DNA from: Vermamoeba vermiformis
Taxonomy: Eukaryota
Assembly: GCA_045837725.1 (NCBI GenBank)
Contig: JBEWZL010000124.1
Coordinates: 186,001 to 250,000 of the forward strand
DNA: 64,000 bases
Direction of reading: 5' to 3'
Below are positions 14,262 to 28,264 of the stretch, piece by piece. A program made the translations under genes and the position numbers. How positions within the stretch are numbered: the first letter of the stretch is position 1; each line of letters opens with the position of its first letter. Below the pieces are notes generated by a model. It was given only the letters and a program-made list of their open reading frames with translations, was not told the DNA's origin and did no database searches.

Positions 14262-15906
14262 TTATTTATTAGGTTTGGCATTTTTGCTCTTAAAAGCAAA
14301 TTCAGCACATAAAGGTAAGTGATCCGACGGGAAATTTTCATTCGGCAATGTACCAATCTCTTTCATCCCTTCCTCGTCCGGCAACTGCAAAATCTTCGTC
14401 ACATCCAACGTCTTTGGCGTATAAAACATGTAATCTAGTGTACCACTGAACTCCTCTATATTAAAATATCGTTAGAAATGCGTTAGATCCGGCAAGTTAA
14501 CGGACGGATGTGGCTAACGCCAACGATACGTACTGGTATGATTAGTCGTCCAAGGCTCGCCTATTGTATTTCCATAAGCACTCTTTAAGTTGAGTTTATG
14601 TTGTATTCCTTGTTCCCAAGCAACTCGCTGCGTGCCGTTGTCATCGAACGTCAGATCCGGACTTTGGTGCTCGAGTTCACCGTTGACTATGAAATTATAT
14701 AGGCCCGATGTTGGTTTACTATTGAAATCTCCGCAAAGAACTATCGGCGTCTCGTCAATATTGAGCTTATTATGGTCGAAAAATTGTTGCAAAGACTTGA
14801 CCAACATTTTCGCTTGAATCGTCTTAATTGCTGTATGATCAGGTCTCCAATATAAATGTGTATTGGCAATGACTACTTGTCTTTTTGTATTGTTTTCTTC
14901 GAACAGACAAAACAACGCGACGTGATCTCGTTTGGCAAAGTTGAACAAAAATTTGCTGTTGATCCGTTGCATGAATGAAGGGTCTTTCATATACTCTTGT
15001 ATTCTTCTTCCATATTCTACTTCTTCTTTAACTTTCAGCGTAAACCTAATCAAAAGAATTGGTAACAAATCTAATTTGACACGTGTCATATTGCTTTGAA
15101 TAACGTAAACGAATGTTTGCGGTTATTTAGTCCCTTATAATGTAATTCATACCTCGATTTCCTGTAAAATATTGTGGCGCCATCGACGCTTGGTCCATCT
15201 CTTCCGTCTCTAATTCGGCCCTTGGGCAAGTACACGCCTTCAAAATTTCTGAAGCGGAAATTGATCGTAAAGAAATTGTTAAAATCTGTTTTTTCAAGTT
15301 CCTAATCATAAAAACATTATTATAATATTTCCTTATAAGGAAATATTCGTACTTGTAATGCTACAAAGTCAGAATCGAGTTCTTGAAGCTCCTCTGTCAA
15401 TCATTTGTCGCCTTCGAGGCCAATGTACAATATCATAAGGCACGCCCATACTGGCCTCGTGCTTCGGTACTAATATATTATAGCTTGTAACAAGAAATCT
15501 GTCTGTGAAATGAATGTAAGTCCAGTTGATAGAAGTTTTCGGCTCGATCGCTTGATATTCGTATTGTTAAAAGAAACATTGCTTACCGTTAGCTTTGTAT
15601 TTATTTTCGAATTCTCTAAACGGAAATTTATGCTTGGGGCCCTTCTCGTTCGCTGTAAATGGAGATCCGTCAATAAATTATTTCAATAAATTGCAAAAAT
15701 TGGTAGTGCATTAAAAACAGATGAAATATGATACATTGAATCATATCAGCGTGCTTTCGCGCTTTAAATATTTTCTGTAGCGCAAATAACCATGACAGAT
15801 CAAGTGAATTCATAGAAAACCTACCAAGTCCTCTTACTGATGGCTTAGCGATAATATTGGCGGAATTAAATGCTCGCCGCAGCATTCCAATCAATTTATT
15901 GGCCAT
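14262..15906 (-). CDS. EEP-family (CCR4/Angel/PDE12-like) phosphodiesterase, possibly mitochondrial; apparent +1 frameshift near 15400
   Basis: Motifs SYNIL, ALQE, IANTHLYW, LCGDFNS, LDYMFY, PSDHLPL. The basic, acid-free N-terminus MANKLIGMLRRAF resembles a transit peptide. Confidence 0.85.
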
Positions 15907-15966
15907 GGCTGCTGTTACAAACCGAATGGTCAAGAAAAATCTTCTATTTTTTTCGTTACCTTTCCA

Positions 15967-17131
<1,165 letters not shown>

Positions 17132-17382
17132 TATCAATGATCAATAAGCATAACGATCGTTTTAATCTTGTAAAGTATGTTGTTAGTAGGAAGATTCTAA
17201 ACGTACTGTGTTGCATTGTAACCGGATCCTCGAGTCTTTTAAGAACTGATTGGAAAGGCTAAATTTGGTTGCAATTGCATTTACTTCCAACAAGGCAATA
17301 GTAATATATCTACATCGTCGTTAAATAGTTTGTACCGTTCTTTCCGTCGCGTTCAAAAGCCGATCGACATCCAAAAACACGT

Positions 17383-18628
17383 TTACAAAAGGCAGTCAGT
17401 GGTGACCAAAGCCAATTGATCATAATCTACATGCATTAATTAATTACTTGCACGTGGGAACAATACCATTAAATGGCTACTACGTACTGTAAGTAACTCG
17501 ACCAGAGCGAGAGGGATCGTTCCACTCAAAAATGCTGCGGACGTGAGCCAAATGAGCAGTCATCAACAAGAATGTTTCGTAGGTGATCATGCCTAATTGA
17601 TAAGACGATTAATAACACATTTAACGATTACCTAAAAAGATCTTGCTTCGTGTTGAGTTTGATCGTTACCTGTTCTTGCGCGGTCGAATTTAGCAACCAA
17701 AGCTTGAACAGTAGGCAAGCTGAGTTGGAAACCACCGGCCTACATCAAAATCATCGTTAATAAATGTGCTCTTAGGGTCCCAAAATTATTAGTCGATCGA
17801 GCCATTAGTGAATCGAAATTCTTAATACTTTGCGATCGACCTTAATATCTTTAATATGCCATAAATCACGTTTAAAATCATATAATTCTAAATAGTATTT
17901 TGATGCGGATATTTCAGTAATCGAATCTGCAAGCTTACCATCAAAGCAGTGTAAATTTCGGTGGGATCGAGGTAACCAGAACGATCTCTGTCGCCCATGA
18001 TGAAGGCATTGGTCATAACTGTCAAAAATTGGTGCAAGCCCATGTATTCATTGAACTCGATCGTGCCAGAGCGATCCCTAAAAAATTTTTCAGTTTCATT
18101 AAAAATGATTTGCAATCAAATAGTAATTATTAAAATATTATTCTCTTTACAAAAATATGCTAATTTAAGTATTTTCGTGCTTTCAGTAGTCGCTAGATGC
18201 GGCGTAGAATTTTTGCAATACTTTTCACGAATGATTGAGTGCTTACTTATCGAAGACCTTGATAAACTTATTGGCCAATTCAAAGCCCAAAGGTCTTCCA
18301 CCGAAAGAAGCCATTGCTAATTCCATAGCGGAGATAGAGCCCGATCTATTACGATCGACCGAATCAAACCAAGCCTGAAGTAAAATATTAAAACGCCGCG
18401 CGGGAATTAATCAAATAATATCATCTTATATAAGTATAATAGTAAGGTATATTTCCGAAATATTCATTAATTTGTCCTTTGTTTGCCACTTACTCTAATT
18501 ATTCCTAGTTGCTGCGGGTTGATCTGGTTGATAAAATAGCCCCACCATGTCTGAGGAGCATTTACAGTATATGAGGTCGTTTGATAAACATTTTGTTGCG
18601 GAGGATAATAACCTTGATTATACGCCAT
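17383..18628 (-). CDS. Penta-EF-hand calcium-binding protein (ALG-2/peflin/sorcin-like)
   Basis: EF loops DRNRSGSISAME, DRSGTIEFNE and DRDRSGYLDPTE; Y/Q/P-rich N-terminus. Confidence 0.85.
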
Positions 18629-19293
18629 CTTCTAGAACTTTTGTTAGATCCACGGTCTCAAGACTTAAGATCGGGTTGCAATGTTATAATTAGATATCTT
18701 ACGTACTTGTTATAGTAGTTTACGGTCTGTGCTGTTGTCTACAAGGAAAAATTAGGAATGAAATTGTCACGAGCCCAAATTTATATTTAGACAACCAGTG
18801 GAACTCGTCAAATTTCGTTAAGATAAAGATTTACTTTTACGAAAATGTCGTTAGAGATAGTATTTTTATCCGTTCGTCGAATAGTAATTCCGTTCCGCCG
18901 TTTTGAAAAACAAATCTGTTGGATCTGATAATAACCAGCAATCTAGAAGGAAAAAATGCTTGATATATAATGTTATACCACATTGTCGCGTATATAAGGT
19001 GAATAAGTCATGTTTTCATTAGTATGCTCTGTTAAAATCTCACGCGGAGATTTGTGGACCGAATTATGGTGCAATTTTTGGTCCATTTCATTTTGTTTCA
19101 GTTATTTATATAGTACAATACATTATAGTAAGTCTATATGGCAAATATAATTTGATGGCGGTGATGGAGTTTGACCAAAGTTACAAACTGCAAGATCCGT
19201 TGCAATTTTGAATTTAAATTCGTTTCTTGCTCCATCACGCAGTAATAGCAGCATATTGATTTTCTATAATTAATTATTGTGATTTTATAGCAA

Positions 19294-21160
19294 ATGTATC
19301 AAGATCCTGAAACGAGAGCGAGACAGGCCGAACAACGTGCCAAAGAAGTCGAAGAAAAAGCACAAAAATTAGCTTTATTAGTCAAACAAGAGCGTGAGAA
19401 GTGGTTAAATGTAATTATAACTCATTACCAAGCTTCATACTGAAAATATCAGTAATTCAATATTTAAGATTTTCTATTGATCTAGTGCATTAAACTCCGA
19501 TAGATAATAAGATCTAGCTATTTGACATATTTTAATATTTATTTATAGGAACTTTACGAAAAAGAAAGCCAGATCGCAGAATACAAAGCAAAATGCGAGA
19601 CGTTAGAGCGACAAATGCAACAAACACAAGAAATTAACAAAACTCTCGTTAAAGAAGGCGTAAGTATTAAATATTATATTATTTTTATTTTATAACTCAC
19701 ACGAAATTTTAATCGTGTTGGAATATCTCCTGATCTACTCAGGGTACAACCAATCAATGGACTAGACATAATATAAGATCATTCAATAGTATTATATTGT
19801 TTCTATTTGCTCTTAAGAGCTTTTAGTAAATTTATTTAACGAGATCTGATCAATTTTTGTAACTGTAAGTAAGTAACTTACTTACAGAGTAAATTCCGTT
19901 TGCAAAACAATGAATACAAGATTGAATAGCATAATTGCGCATTATTCTCGACTAATATACCACTTATGATTAGCTTGCACCTTCCAAAGATGATCAACAA
20001 CGACGAGCTGAAGAGTTTGAACGAAGATTGGCTGATTATGCGCAAGGCATGCAGATCTTGAAACAAGTAAGCATTAAATACCGTCAATACGACATATATT
20101 TCATTATTAATTGCCTTGTCTCGTTATTAGGAATACCAAAAGAAACTTTCGAACGCGCAGCAACAAGTACAGGATTCAGAAATTAAAATCAGCGTTTTGG
20201 AACAGAAAATTAAGGACGTAAGTACTATCGATATATTAATACGGCAATAATAATCAGAAACTCAAATTATTGTCTCTTTCGCGGGATCAACATCCGCGTA
20301 CTGGATCTTCCAAACAATACCGAATGGATAATTGGAGACATATTGTTTATTATAGTTATAAGCCATTATATTAATGCGATATTGCGTAGTTCCAAGAACA
20401 ACTGAAAGTGGCCAATGAACGTGCCTTCGATGCTGAAGTTCGTTTGGGCAAGTTGCAGCGATTGAACAAACAGTTGCTCGAAGAGCGCGATCCTAATGAG
20501 GTATATATTTATATAATCTACTATTCTATCTTTATTAATGTCTGAATGTAACGAGCGGATCCCAATTTCAGGGTTTATTTTGTAGTGGCTTACTGCTCGT
20601 TATGCATCGAATTTTATTACCTTTTGATGTTTTTTGATATGACTATGTATTTATTATTATTTTTGTAGGAGGACGCAATTGACTTCGAATTAGCCGAATT
20701 TGAAACCTCGTTGGCAGCCACATCCGAAATGCTCGACATCGATATCGATTTGGACCTCGATAGCATTGACTTGAATGCACCTGAGAAGCCCTCTGCCTCC
20801 ACTACTAAGTCACCTCAAAAGAAAGCTGCATCCGCTAAGACTGACGAAGACTTACTTGCCGAACTCGATGAGAAGCCTAACTGGACTGTAAATAAGGCCC
20901 TTCATGGTCCTAAGAGACCTGCACCTGCACCACCTAAGGCTGCAGCGGCTAAAGTCGTCGCTAAACCCGGAGCCACATCCGCCGCGCCGAAACAAGCTGC
21001 ATCTGCTAACCCAACTGCTGCTGCACCGAAACAACAAGCCGCTAACAGCTCTATTGACGATGAATTAGAGCGACTTATCTTGCAATCTACTAGCTCTAAG
21101 CCTGAAAAGAAGACTAATTGGGACTCGTTGGACGATCTGATTACTTCTTTGGACGGATAA
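19294..21160 (+). CDS. Coiled-coil protein with A/K/P-rich low-complexity tail, unknown function
   Basis: Multiple GT-AG exons rich in E/K/Q with heptad pattern; last exon corresponds to ORF 20711-21160. Confidence 0.7.
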
Positions 21161-21409
21161 GACGAATGGTACTGAGAACGATGCCGTAATTGACTATAGA
21201 TCGTATGGTATGGTCACATTGATCTTATACAAATCACTAGTGTATATATAGAAAATAAATTTACTTCCATGCAGATCCGTTTCAAAATCAAATAACAAGG
21301 CTTAATATTTGTCTTAATAACACTGCATGTTTATTAATACTATCATCGGATACTATACTACAATTTAGGAAGGATTAGTTACAATTTACAATCGAGATCT
21401 TGGCGAGTC

Positions 21410-22378
21410 TCAAGCGTGCGTCTTCAGCTGCTTCGATTTGCCTTGGACTTCGTCATCCACGCCATCTTCTTCGCGCTTTCGCTTGAGAGGTGAAGTGGCA
21501 GTAGGTTGCTTGAAGAATGAGAGCAGAGTCTGTTGTTTTCTATCGCCAGATCCAGCGATCTTGCTCGGCGAGGAAACTGGCTTAGGCTTGGTCGGAGAGT
21601 CCTTAGGTGCAGCCTTAGTATCACTTTCGATCATTTTGTTGGCCGCAGCGCTCGTATTCTCTTTATCAGAGGCCTCTTCAGTACTCTCAGCATCCAGTTT
21701 TGAATGCGCATCGGCTTTGGGAGTTGCAACTAGAGCTTCAACAGGCTTCTCTACCTCTTTAACAGGTGTGGTAGGTTCGATTTTCTTCTCTTCTACCTTG
21801 GTCACAGGCTTAGAAGCTTCAGTGATTGATTGTTGAACTGTCTTTTTTTTAGGCGATGCGTTCTTCATCCTCTCTCTAATCTCTGCGAGCGATACTACAG
21901 CAATAGTAAGCACCGCTATAGTATATAGCACGTGTATACTTACACATTTCATCGTCACTGTCCTCCTCTTCTGGTTTCTGTTCAACAAAGTCACCCGACC
22001 TTTTAAATCTGCGAATGTAATCCACATTAGGCGCCTGAAATCGTATTTAAAGCGAAATAATATGGTCTCTCGATATAATTACTAACGTATAATATTTTTA
22101 GGCTTACTTCTCGACCAGGTGCATCACTCTGCCTGCTGCGCTGTGATCGCGGCGACTTCTGACAACTTTTTTATAACAAGGTGAGGCTCGTTGGCGCCTG
22201 ATAATAGGCACATTATTAATACGGTATTTAAATATTTTATGAGTGCTATTAATGCGTACTCTTTGAAGGCTCTAAGCTCAGGATCTTCAGTTTCCAATTG
22301 TGCGCCCACATCTTCGTCAGTCATGAAAATTGCATCGATTTGATCGACGGGCGCGATACGCTTGAAAGGTGACGCCAT
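21410..22378 (-). CDS. Disordered nuclear protein with a C-terminal PIP box (QQTLLSFF) and NLS (LKRKR)
   Basis: Four exons; Q-x-x-L-x-x-F-F motif near the C-terminus. The exon 2 frame is inconsistent, suggesting an indel. Confidence 0.6.
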
Positions 22379-22644
22379 ATTTGTAAGTAATAGAATAGTT
22401 TTATTGAAAATGAACGGAGCTGAAAATATTCTGAGTAACGGCTACTTTTTCAAATTTTTCAAGCCAAAATTTGGCTACCAAAAAAAAAAAAGCCTCCGAA
22501 CAATCCATTTCTGTTAAACTGCTTAGCCTCAAAATATTCGAGCCGTTGTGAAACCAGTTACCACTACCACTGACGGGCGACACATTCAATTCAGAAGTCA
22601 TCTCGTCAAACTGAAATTAGCGTCATTGTTGAACAGAACTCAAA

Positions 22645-23227
22645 ATGTCGTCCACACCTGATTATTCAAATTTAATAGGCAAAAAAGGTGAGGCTAAGGT
22701 TGTTGTCGAAAAGCATCTCCTTGCAAGCCAGATGAAGAGCGGCGATGTTGAGGTAAGCCTTGCACGCTCAGTCTCATCGTTCTCGTGTTTATTAACGGAA
22801 AGGTGTATGGCAGTCCTGCAATGATAGGCCTCATGGAAGAGGCAGCGGTCAATGCAATTAAAGAGTTGCTTCCATCCGGTCAGGTAAATGAAATCTGACA
22901 CACTCCGCTTCCGACAATTTTTCTAATATTATTAAATAGACATCTGTTGGTACGGGATTTAATGTACAGCATTTGAGCGCGACTCCACTTGGTTTGAACG
23001 TACGAATAATTTTTCTAATTTTTGATCTCGAAATTGAAATATTATTTGGCGCTAGGTGCGAGCTGAAGCAGTCGTGAATTGAAGTCAATGGTCGTAAAGT
23101 TAAGCTTACAGTTACTGCTTTCGATGACAAAGAAAAAATTGGTGAAGGAACACACGAGCGAGTGATCGTGGACAAAGCTCGCTTCATTCAGAAAGCTAAT
23201 GGCAAATTAGAAACAAAATCTAATTAA
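22645..23227 (+). CDS. Hot-dog fold thioesterase (FlK/fluoroacetyl-CoA thioesterase-like); apparent +1 frameshift near 23077
   Basis: Spliced: SGDVEVYGSPAMIGLMEEAA...TSVGTGFNVQHLSATPLG...GEGTHERVIV. Confidence 0.85.
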
Positions 23228-23284
23228 CCAGGTACATAAATATACCCCCGATTATTCCCTACCCGATTTATTTCTTTTTGTTTT

Positions 23285-23410
23285 GGAGGCAGACCGCATG
23301 CGCTCAATGCGATCCGCGACAGTAAAAAATTATTCCTTGTGCCCGTAAGGCACTAAGTACTCGTGCCTTCATGATCACACCGAGTACTCCTTATCAAGGA
23401 AAGGTAAGTA
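23285..23410 (-). ncRNA. U1-like spliceosomal snRNA (short variant)
   Basis: Minus strand reads TACTTACCT (5' splice-site complement). It has helix TTCCTTG/CAAGGAA, stem-loop I with loop GATCATGAAG (U1-70K site), Sm-like site ATAATTTTTTA and 3' hairpin GCGGATCGCAT/ATGCGGTCTGC. Confidence 0.8.
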
Positions 23411-23849
23411 GAAGTTGTTTTCGATGAAACATCGTTCCTTTCGCACGTTTTTGTGAGCTCCATCCGCGTAAGCATACAGAGCTCCGTGGCAGCGGACAAT
23501 GTTCGAGGCTTCGTTAAAAATTATACGATAATCTCGACGTTTTAATATCGTATGAACAGAACGCAGTTTATTTTGGTTCTTTTCACGTCTGGATTTTACT
23601 AGATCGGCTAAGAAATTTCCAAACCTTAATTTAATTACGTTACAATTTAGTGAGTTCAAAATTTATACGGTGACGTGCAGACTTCGCTATTTTGAGTTGC
23701 CAATCGCGAAAACTAACAGAAACTGCAAATGAAAGAACGAAACTTGCTGGTGGCTACAAATACCCGGATCTCAGATTACTTACTATGCTAACTATACACT
23801 CAATAACACTACCAAAGCTAAGACTAGATACTACAAGCTAATTCAAGCA

Positions 23850-24143
23850 ATGGCTGAAGATAAAGAGTCAACTCAAGATCAAAACCCAGTCGCGTTAGAT
23901 GTGATCCACTGCGCTGTCCAAGATTGCCCCAAAGTAGCTTCTTATCAATGCAATAAGTGTACGACACATTATTGCCCGGGCCACGCACCTGTTATGCGCA
24001 ACACACGGTGTCCTGTGTGTGACCAACAGAAAGGCAGATGTTGCGTAAGGAAGCACGAGCGACGCTGTCTTGGTGCCGTCTCATTCATTTTGATTGGAGT
24101 GATCGTCGTGGGGGTACCACTGTTTCTATTTTCATATTACTAA
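23850..24143 (+). CDS. Small Cys/His-rich (zinc-finger-like) tail-anchored membrane protein
   Basis: CAVQDC...CNKC...YCPGH...CPVC followed by a C-terminal hydrophobic helix. Confidence 0.6.
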   Translation: MAEDKESTQDQNPVALDVIHCAVQDCPKVASYQCNKCTTHYCPGHAPVMRNTRCPVCDQQKGRCCVRKHERRCLGAVSFILIGVIVVGVPLFLFSYY

Positions 24144-24390
24144 AGAGCCGCAACCGGAAGTATAACTTTGTTCGCAACTCATTTGGGGTGACTTCGGATA
24201 ATCATAATATCATGGTGATGTGTATATAATATTAACTCTATGAAGGGAGCAATGCTTGTAAAGTATTGTAATCGCAGTACGAAGATTGCAAGCAATAAAT
24301 GTCATTTTCGTTGAAGCGATCGAACACACTATGCAATCAACAAGTAGAGCAGGAGTGATGACCACCTGACATATTAATATAGTAGTATTT

Positions 24391-26267
24391 ATGTCCTTAG
24401 CGCAACTAAAGCAAGTAGAATCGCTAGAAAGCTGAGGATATTTCGTTCGAGCTCGACTCGTGATATTCTCAAATAATTACAGACGCTCCAAATGTTAAAG
24501 AAGATATTTCTTATGGCATTAGAAAACCAGTCTGTACAAATTGTAAAAAACGGAAGATCAAGTGCGATTTTGAACTGCCCTGTTTTCAATGCAAGAGCCG
24601 CAACGTGACCTGTGAATATCCTAAACCCAACGTAAAATCCCCGAATGAAGGACAAATAGTAAATTCATTGATGAAGAAGGTCGATCAGCTGAAAAAAGAA
24701 CTCGAAGATCAAAAACAGATGGTGAATTATTGGCGGAGTTTGTCAGAATCAACGAATACCCGACAAAATAGCCCAACTATAATTAGGAATATCAGAAGAA
24801 CCAATACTTTCTCGAAAGAAACGCAGCAGTTTATCTCTAACGTCACAGCAGCAGTCACATCCGTCTCCAACGCCTTCACAAACGTAATCAAAGCAGTGAT
24901 GCCGAGCTCTACCATCGAGTATAACGTAGTATACGCATCGATGATATGGAATCGATTATTGGACATGACACCAGAAGATTGCGTCGAAAACATCAAATCC
25001 AGCTGTTCACCAGAAACTGCAACTCAATTATTATTACATTGTACGATCTTCGCATTAGGTAAGCATCATAATGATAGATTTATGTTAGTAGTAGCGAAAC
25101 ATAACGATTGCGCTTGCTTACCAATTCTCCTTTTATGGAAATTTGTGCACGTGCTTTAACACGATTTTTGATGTCGTTTAATTAATTAATTATTTTAATT
25201 ATAATAGGATGTCGTTTATATGACCGTAGCATCGCCGATCTCGCAGAGCATTTTCATCTGATCGCGATGAAGTTGATCAACTCAGGCTGGATCGATGCAA
25301 CACGAGACGATACAGCAGAGCAGTGGATATTATCATTGATGTATACTATGTTCTATAATAGGAACAGATTTTTACCCATTGGACCGCTTTGGGAACGAGC
25401 ATCAGAATTGCTTGTAACGCTGCCGAACTTGGAAAACGATACTTATATCGAGTAAGTGCTTATAATACTATAATATCTTAAATATAATATTAATGAACCT
25501 TTTCTTAGAATTGCATTAACTTTGGTGGTCTTTAATCCTTTAAAATGCAATGCGGAGATGAAATGGTTGCAACGACTGGATCAAGCACCACCATTTGAGC
25601 CGGTAAGGATTATCATACAAATATAAATACGATAGGATGTATCTAACGTTTCAGATTGAAATTCAATTCCTTCGTAGTGCGATCCGGTTATGTCTCGCAC
25701 TTGCGAGAGTAGATCCAGCCAATGGCAAGTCTTCGTAAGTATTATAGAGCCACTAATATATATATATATATATATATATATACTGCCCTTTTGAATCCAA
25801 TGATCGATTCGTTGAATGCTAAATAGCTTGTACGATGGATCCGTTCGTACTCACATTTGTTCCTTAGAGATCTGTGGGACTACATGGTGAACCTCGAAGA
25901 TATTTTGAATAGAATGCTAGATATACCGTACTATAAGTTCTATGGCGTACTAGTATACACGCTGAAGTCAATCAGTGCATTCGTTGGTTCACCAGATCCA
26001 CCTGCTGAGATCGCAAAGTGCACGCAGATTATATCGAGATTTTATTCAGAAATAACTGATAGTTCACAACGATATTTCTTAAGTAGGACAATAGAACACT
26101 ATAGATTTGTATTATCGAGCAAATCAATAACATTGCCTGATGGTCGGAAAGTGACTCCGATGGCGGATGTGTTGTACAATATTATCATTCAGATCACTGG
26201 TGCTGAACCTGATAGCGAACTCGAACAGAGCTTGACGAATATGGGACTTAAAGAAGACGATAAATAG
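24391..26267 (+). CDS. Zn(II)2Cys6 binuclear-cluster transcription factor (start uncertain)
   Basis: CTNCKKRKIKCDFELPCFQCKSRNVTC = C-x2-C-x6-C-x5-C-x2-C-x6-C near 24533-24613, followed by a coiled coil and helical exons. Confidence 0.8.
25756..25782. repeat. (TA)n microsatellite in an intron
   Basis: About 13 perfect TA units. Confidence 0.95.
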
Positions 26268-26506
26268 GCGATCTACAGATCTTGATTATTTTGAAGCGGA
26301 TCGCGTAAATGGAGGACAGTTAAAAGAAAGAAGAGAAGAGAAGAAAGAATGAAGAAGCCCTCAAGCGAAAGAAGAAGACAAAAAAGAGGCCAGAAGAATA
26401 AAGACTAAAAAATCTTTACGAAAAAAAAAACCACGACCAGCGCCGAGAGAGAAAGAAAGGAAGGTGGGACACCCACCGAGGAAAGGCCACGGACCACCCG
26501 GCGGGC

Positions 26507-26769
26507 TTTTATTCAGAAATTACGGACAAACCTCAATTATTCTTCTTGAGTAGGACAATAGAGCACTATAGATATGTTCTTTCAAGCATCTCTATCACTC
26601 TGCCTGATGGTCGGAAAGTGACTCCGATGGCGGATGTGTTGTACAATATTATCATTCAGATCACTGGTGCTGAACCTGATAGTGAACTCGAACAGAGCTT
26701 GATGAATATGGGACTCGAAGAGGACGATAAATAGGTGATCTATAGAGACTTGATTATTTTGAAGCGGAT
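26507..26769 (+). repeat. Direct duplicate of the Zn2Cys6 gene 3' end (copy of 26040-26301)
   Basis: Both copies encode SRTIEHYR...LPDGRKVTPMADVLYNIIIQITGAEPDSELEQSL...EDDK* and share the start of the 3' UTR. Confidence 0.9.
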
Positions 26770-27200
26770 GCCGATCGGATCGGAAAGTAGCTGCTATGGT
26801 GACTCAGTCTACGAATACTAACGAACAGTATTGATTTTGTTATTAATACTATGTAATATATGAGTAAGGTTAGTCTTGAGACTTGTAATATAACTCATAA
26901 ACCTGACGCGGTACTACTTACTCTACATCATAACACCTTTGTTAATTAAATAACACATATTGCTCGCTTTCAAGCATTATTTAACCATTGCAATCGCCAT
27001 TATGCCGATTCTCTAAAATCTGTATTCGGATCCAACTTCGATTTTCTTCGTATTGTAGAAACAGTTCAATATCTATGTTACTGTACCGTTTTGAATTTCA
27101 GCACGTAAACGTACGCATTAGCGCATAATGAAAGTCCATTAGCAAATGAAATGAGATTGTAATTAAACTTCGTAAGGTACGGGTTGGATCTGCCCCTAAT

Positions 27201-28018
27201 TTAATTGTTGCTGGACGCATTACTAGCGTTATCATATTTGTGTAACTTCGCTTGCAAATTCTTTTTGACAGTTTCCCACTCGCTGTCAATGACCGAGAAC
27301 CACGCCGTGTCACGATTTTTGCCCTTGACGAGCATGTGTTGTCTAAAGACTCCTTCAAATGAGAATCCAAGGCCTAATGCAGCATTATACGATTTTTTGT
27401 TATCGTTGTTGCACTTCCATTCAACTCTGTAATGTTCAGCAAGTGAGTTCACGGGTAAATAAAAAAATGTCGGATTTGACTTTCGAACGAACCTTCGATA
27501 TTTAAGAGTTTCAAACGCATATTTCATTAGCAGATAACTAGATTCAGTATTTGCATATGTTCTATGGAATCGAGGAGTGTACCAAATGCCTAAATTATTA
27601 ATTAAAAAAACGATCTGACCAAGATCTAGGCGCGTGCGACTTACCTCCAATCTCTACACGCTTATGCTCGTGTACAATATTCAAAAATGTAATTACACCG
27701 ATTTTTTGCTTCGAAGCGAGGTCATTAACGACGTAAATCCGTGTTGCAGAGTTGATCATGTACGGATCTTTCTCGTATTTATATCTCATCTCCTCTAAAC
27801 TCTAAAATAACGTTAAAAATAAATTATAAATTATTAAAATCAATAATATTTGTTACGTTAAAAGGTCCGTAAGGTAAATACTGCCAAATAGACTCTAATG
27901 TCTCGTCACCATGGCTGTTCTTGTACAACTCTTCAATATCTTCCGCGACATTGATAGGCGTGAGCTTAATTTTCTCGCCAACGAGTTCAACAAACGGAAA
28001 TTGTTCTGTGGTCGCCAT
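27201..28018 (-). CDS. GNAT N-acetyltransferase, RimJ/RimL-like
   Basis: Spliced: VEIGGIWY...ANTESSYLLMKYAFETLKYRRVEWKC...N..S..AA..LGFSFEGVFRQHMLVKGKNRDTAWFS. Confidence 0.9.
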
Positions 28019-28264
28019 CTGCAAGATTTTTCAAAAATGACGTTTTTTTTTTCTCTACTCATTACGAGTTATTTTAGTAAATTAATTTACCATGGGGTTT
28101 TAAATGCCATCCATAGATTTCCTACTGTGGTAAGCAAAGGCACGCTCAATACTGGAGCACATGCTCGAATTTATTACTTTAAAAAAGCCATAAATACGCT
28201 ATCTTTCAGCTTCAAATCATTAATTCAACAATTACGTACGTTAAACCACAACTAGCACTCCATA

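Noticed and set aside
20271-20342. Multi-stem structure in an intron of the coiled-coil gene (riboswitch or tRNA-like?)
   Set aside because: Lacks TPP riboswitch consensus, tRNA boxes and snoRNA boxes.
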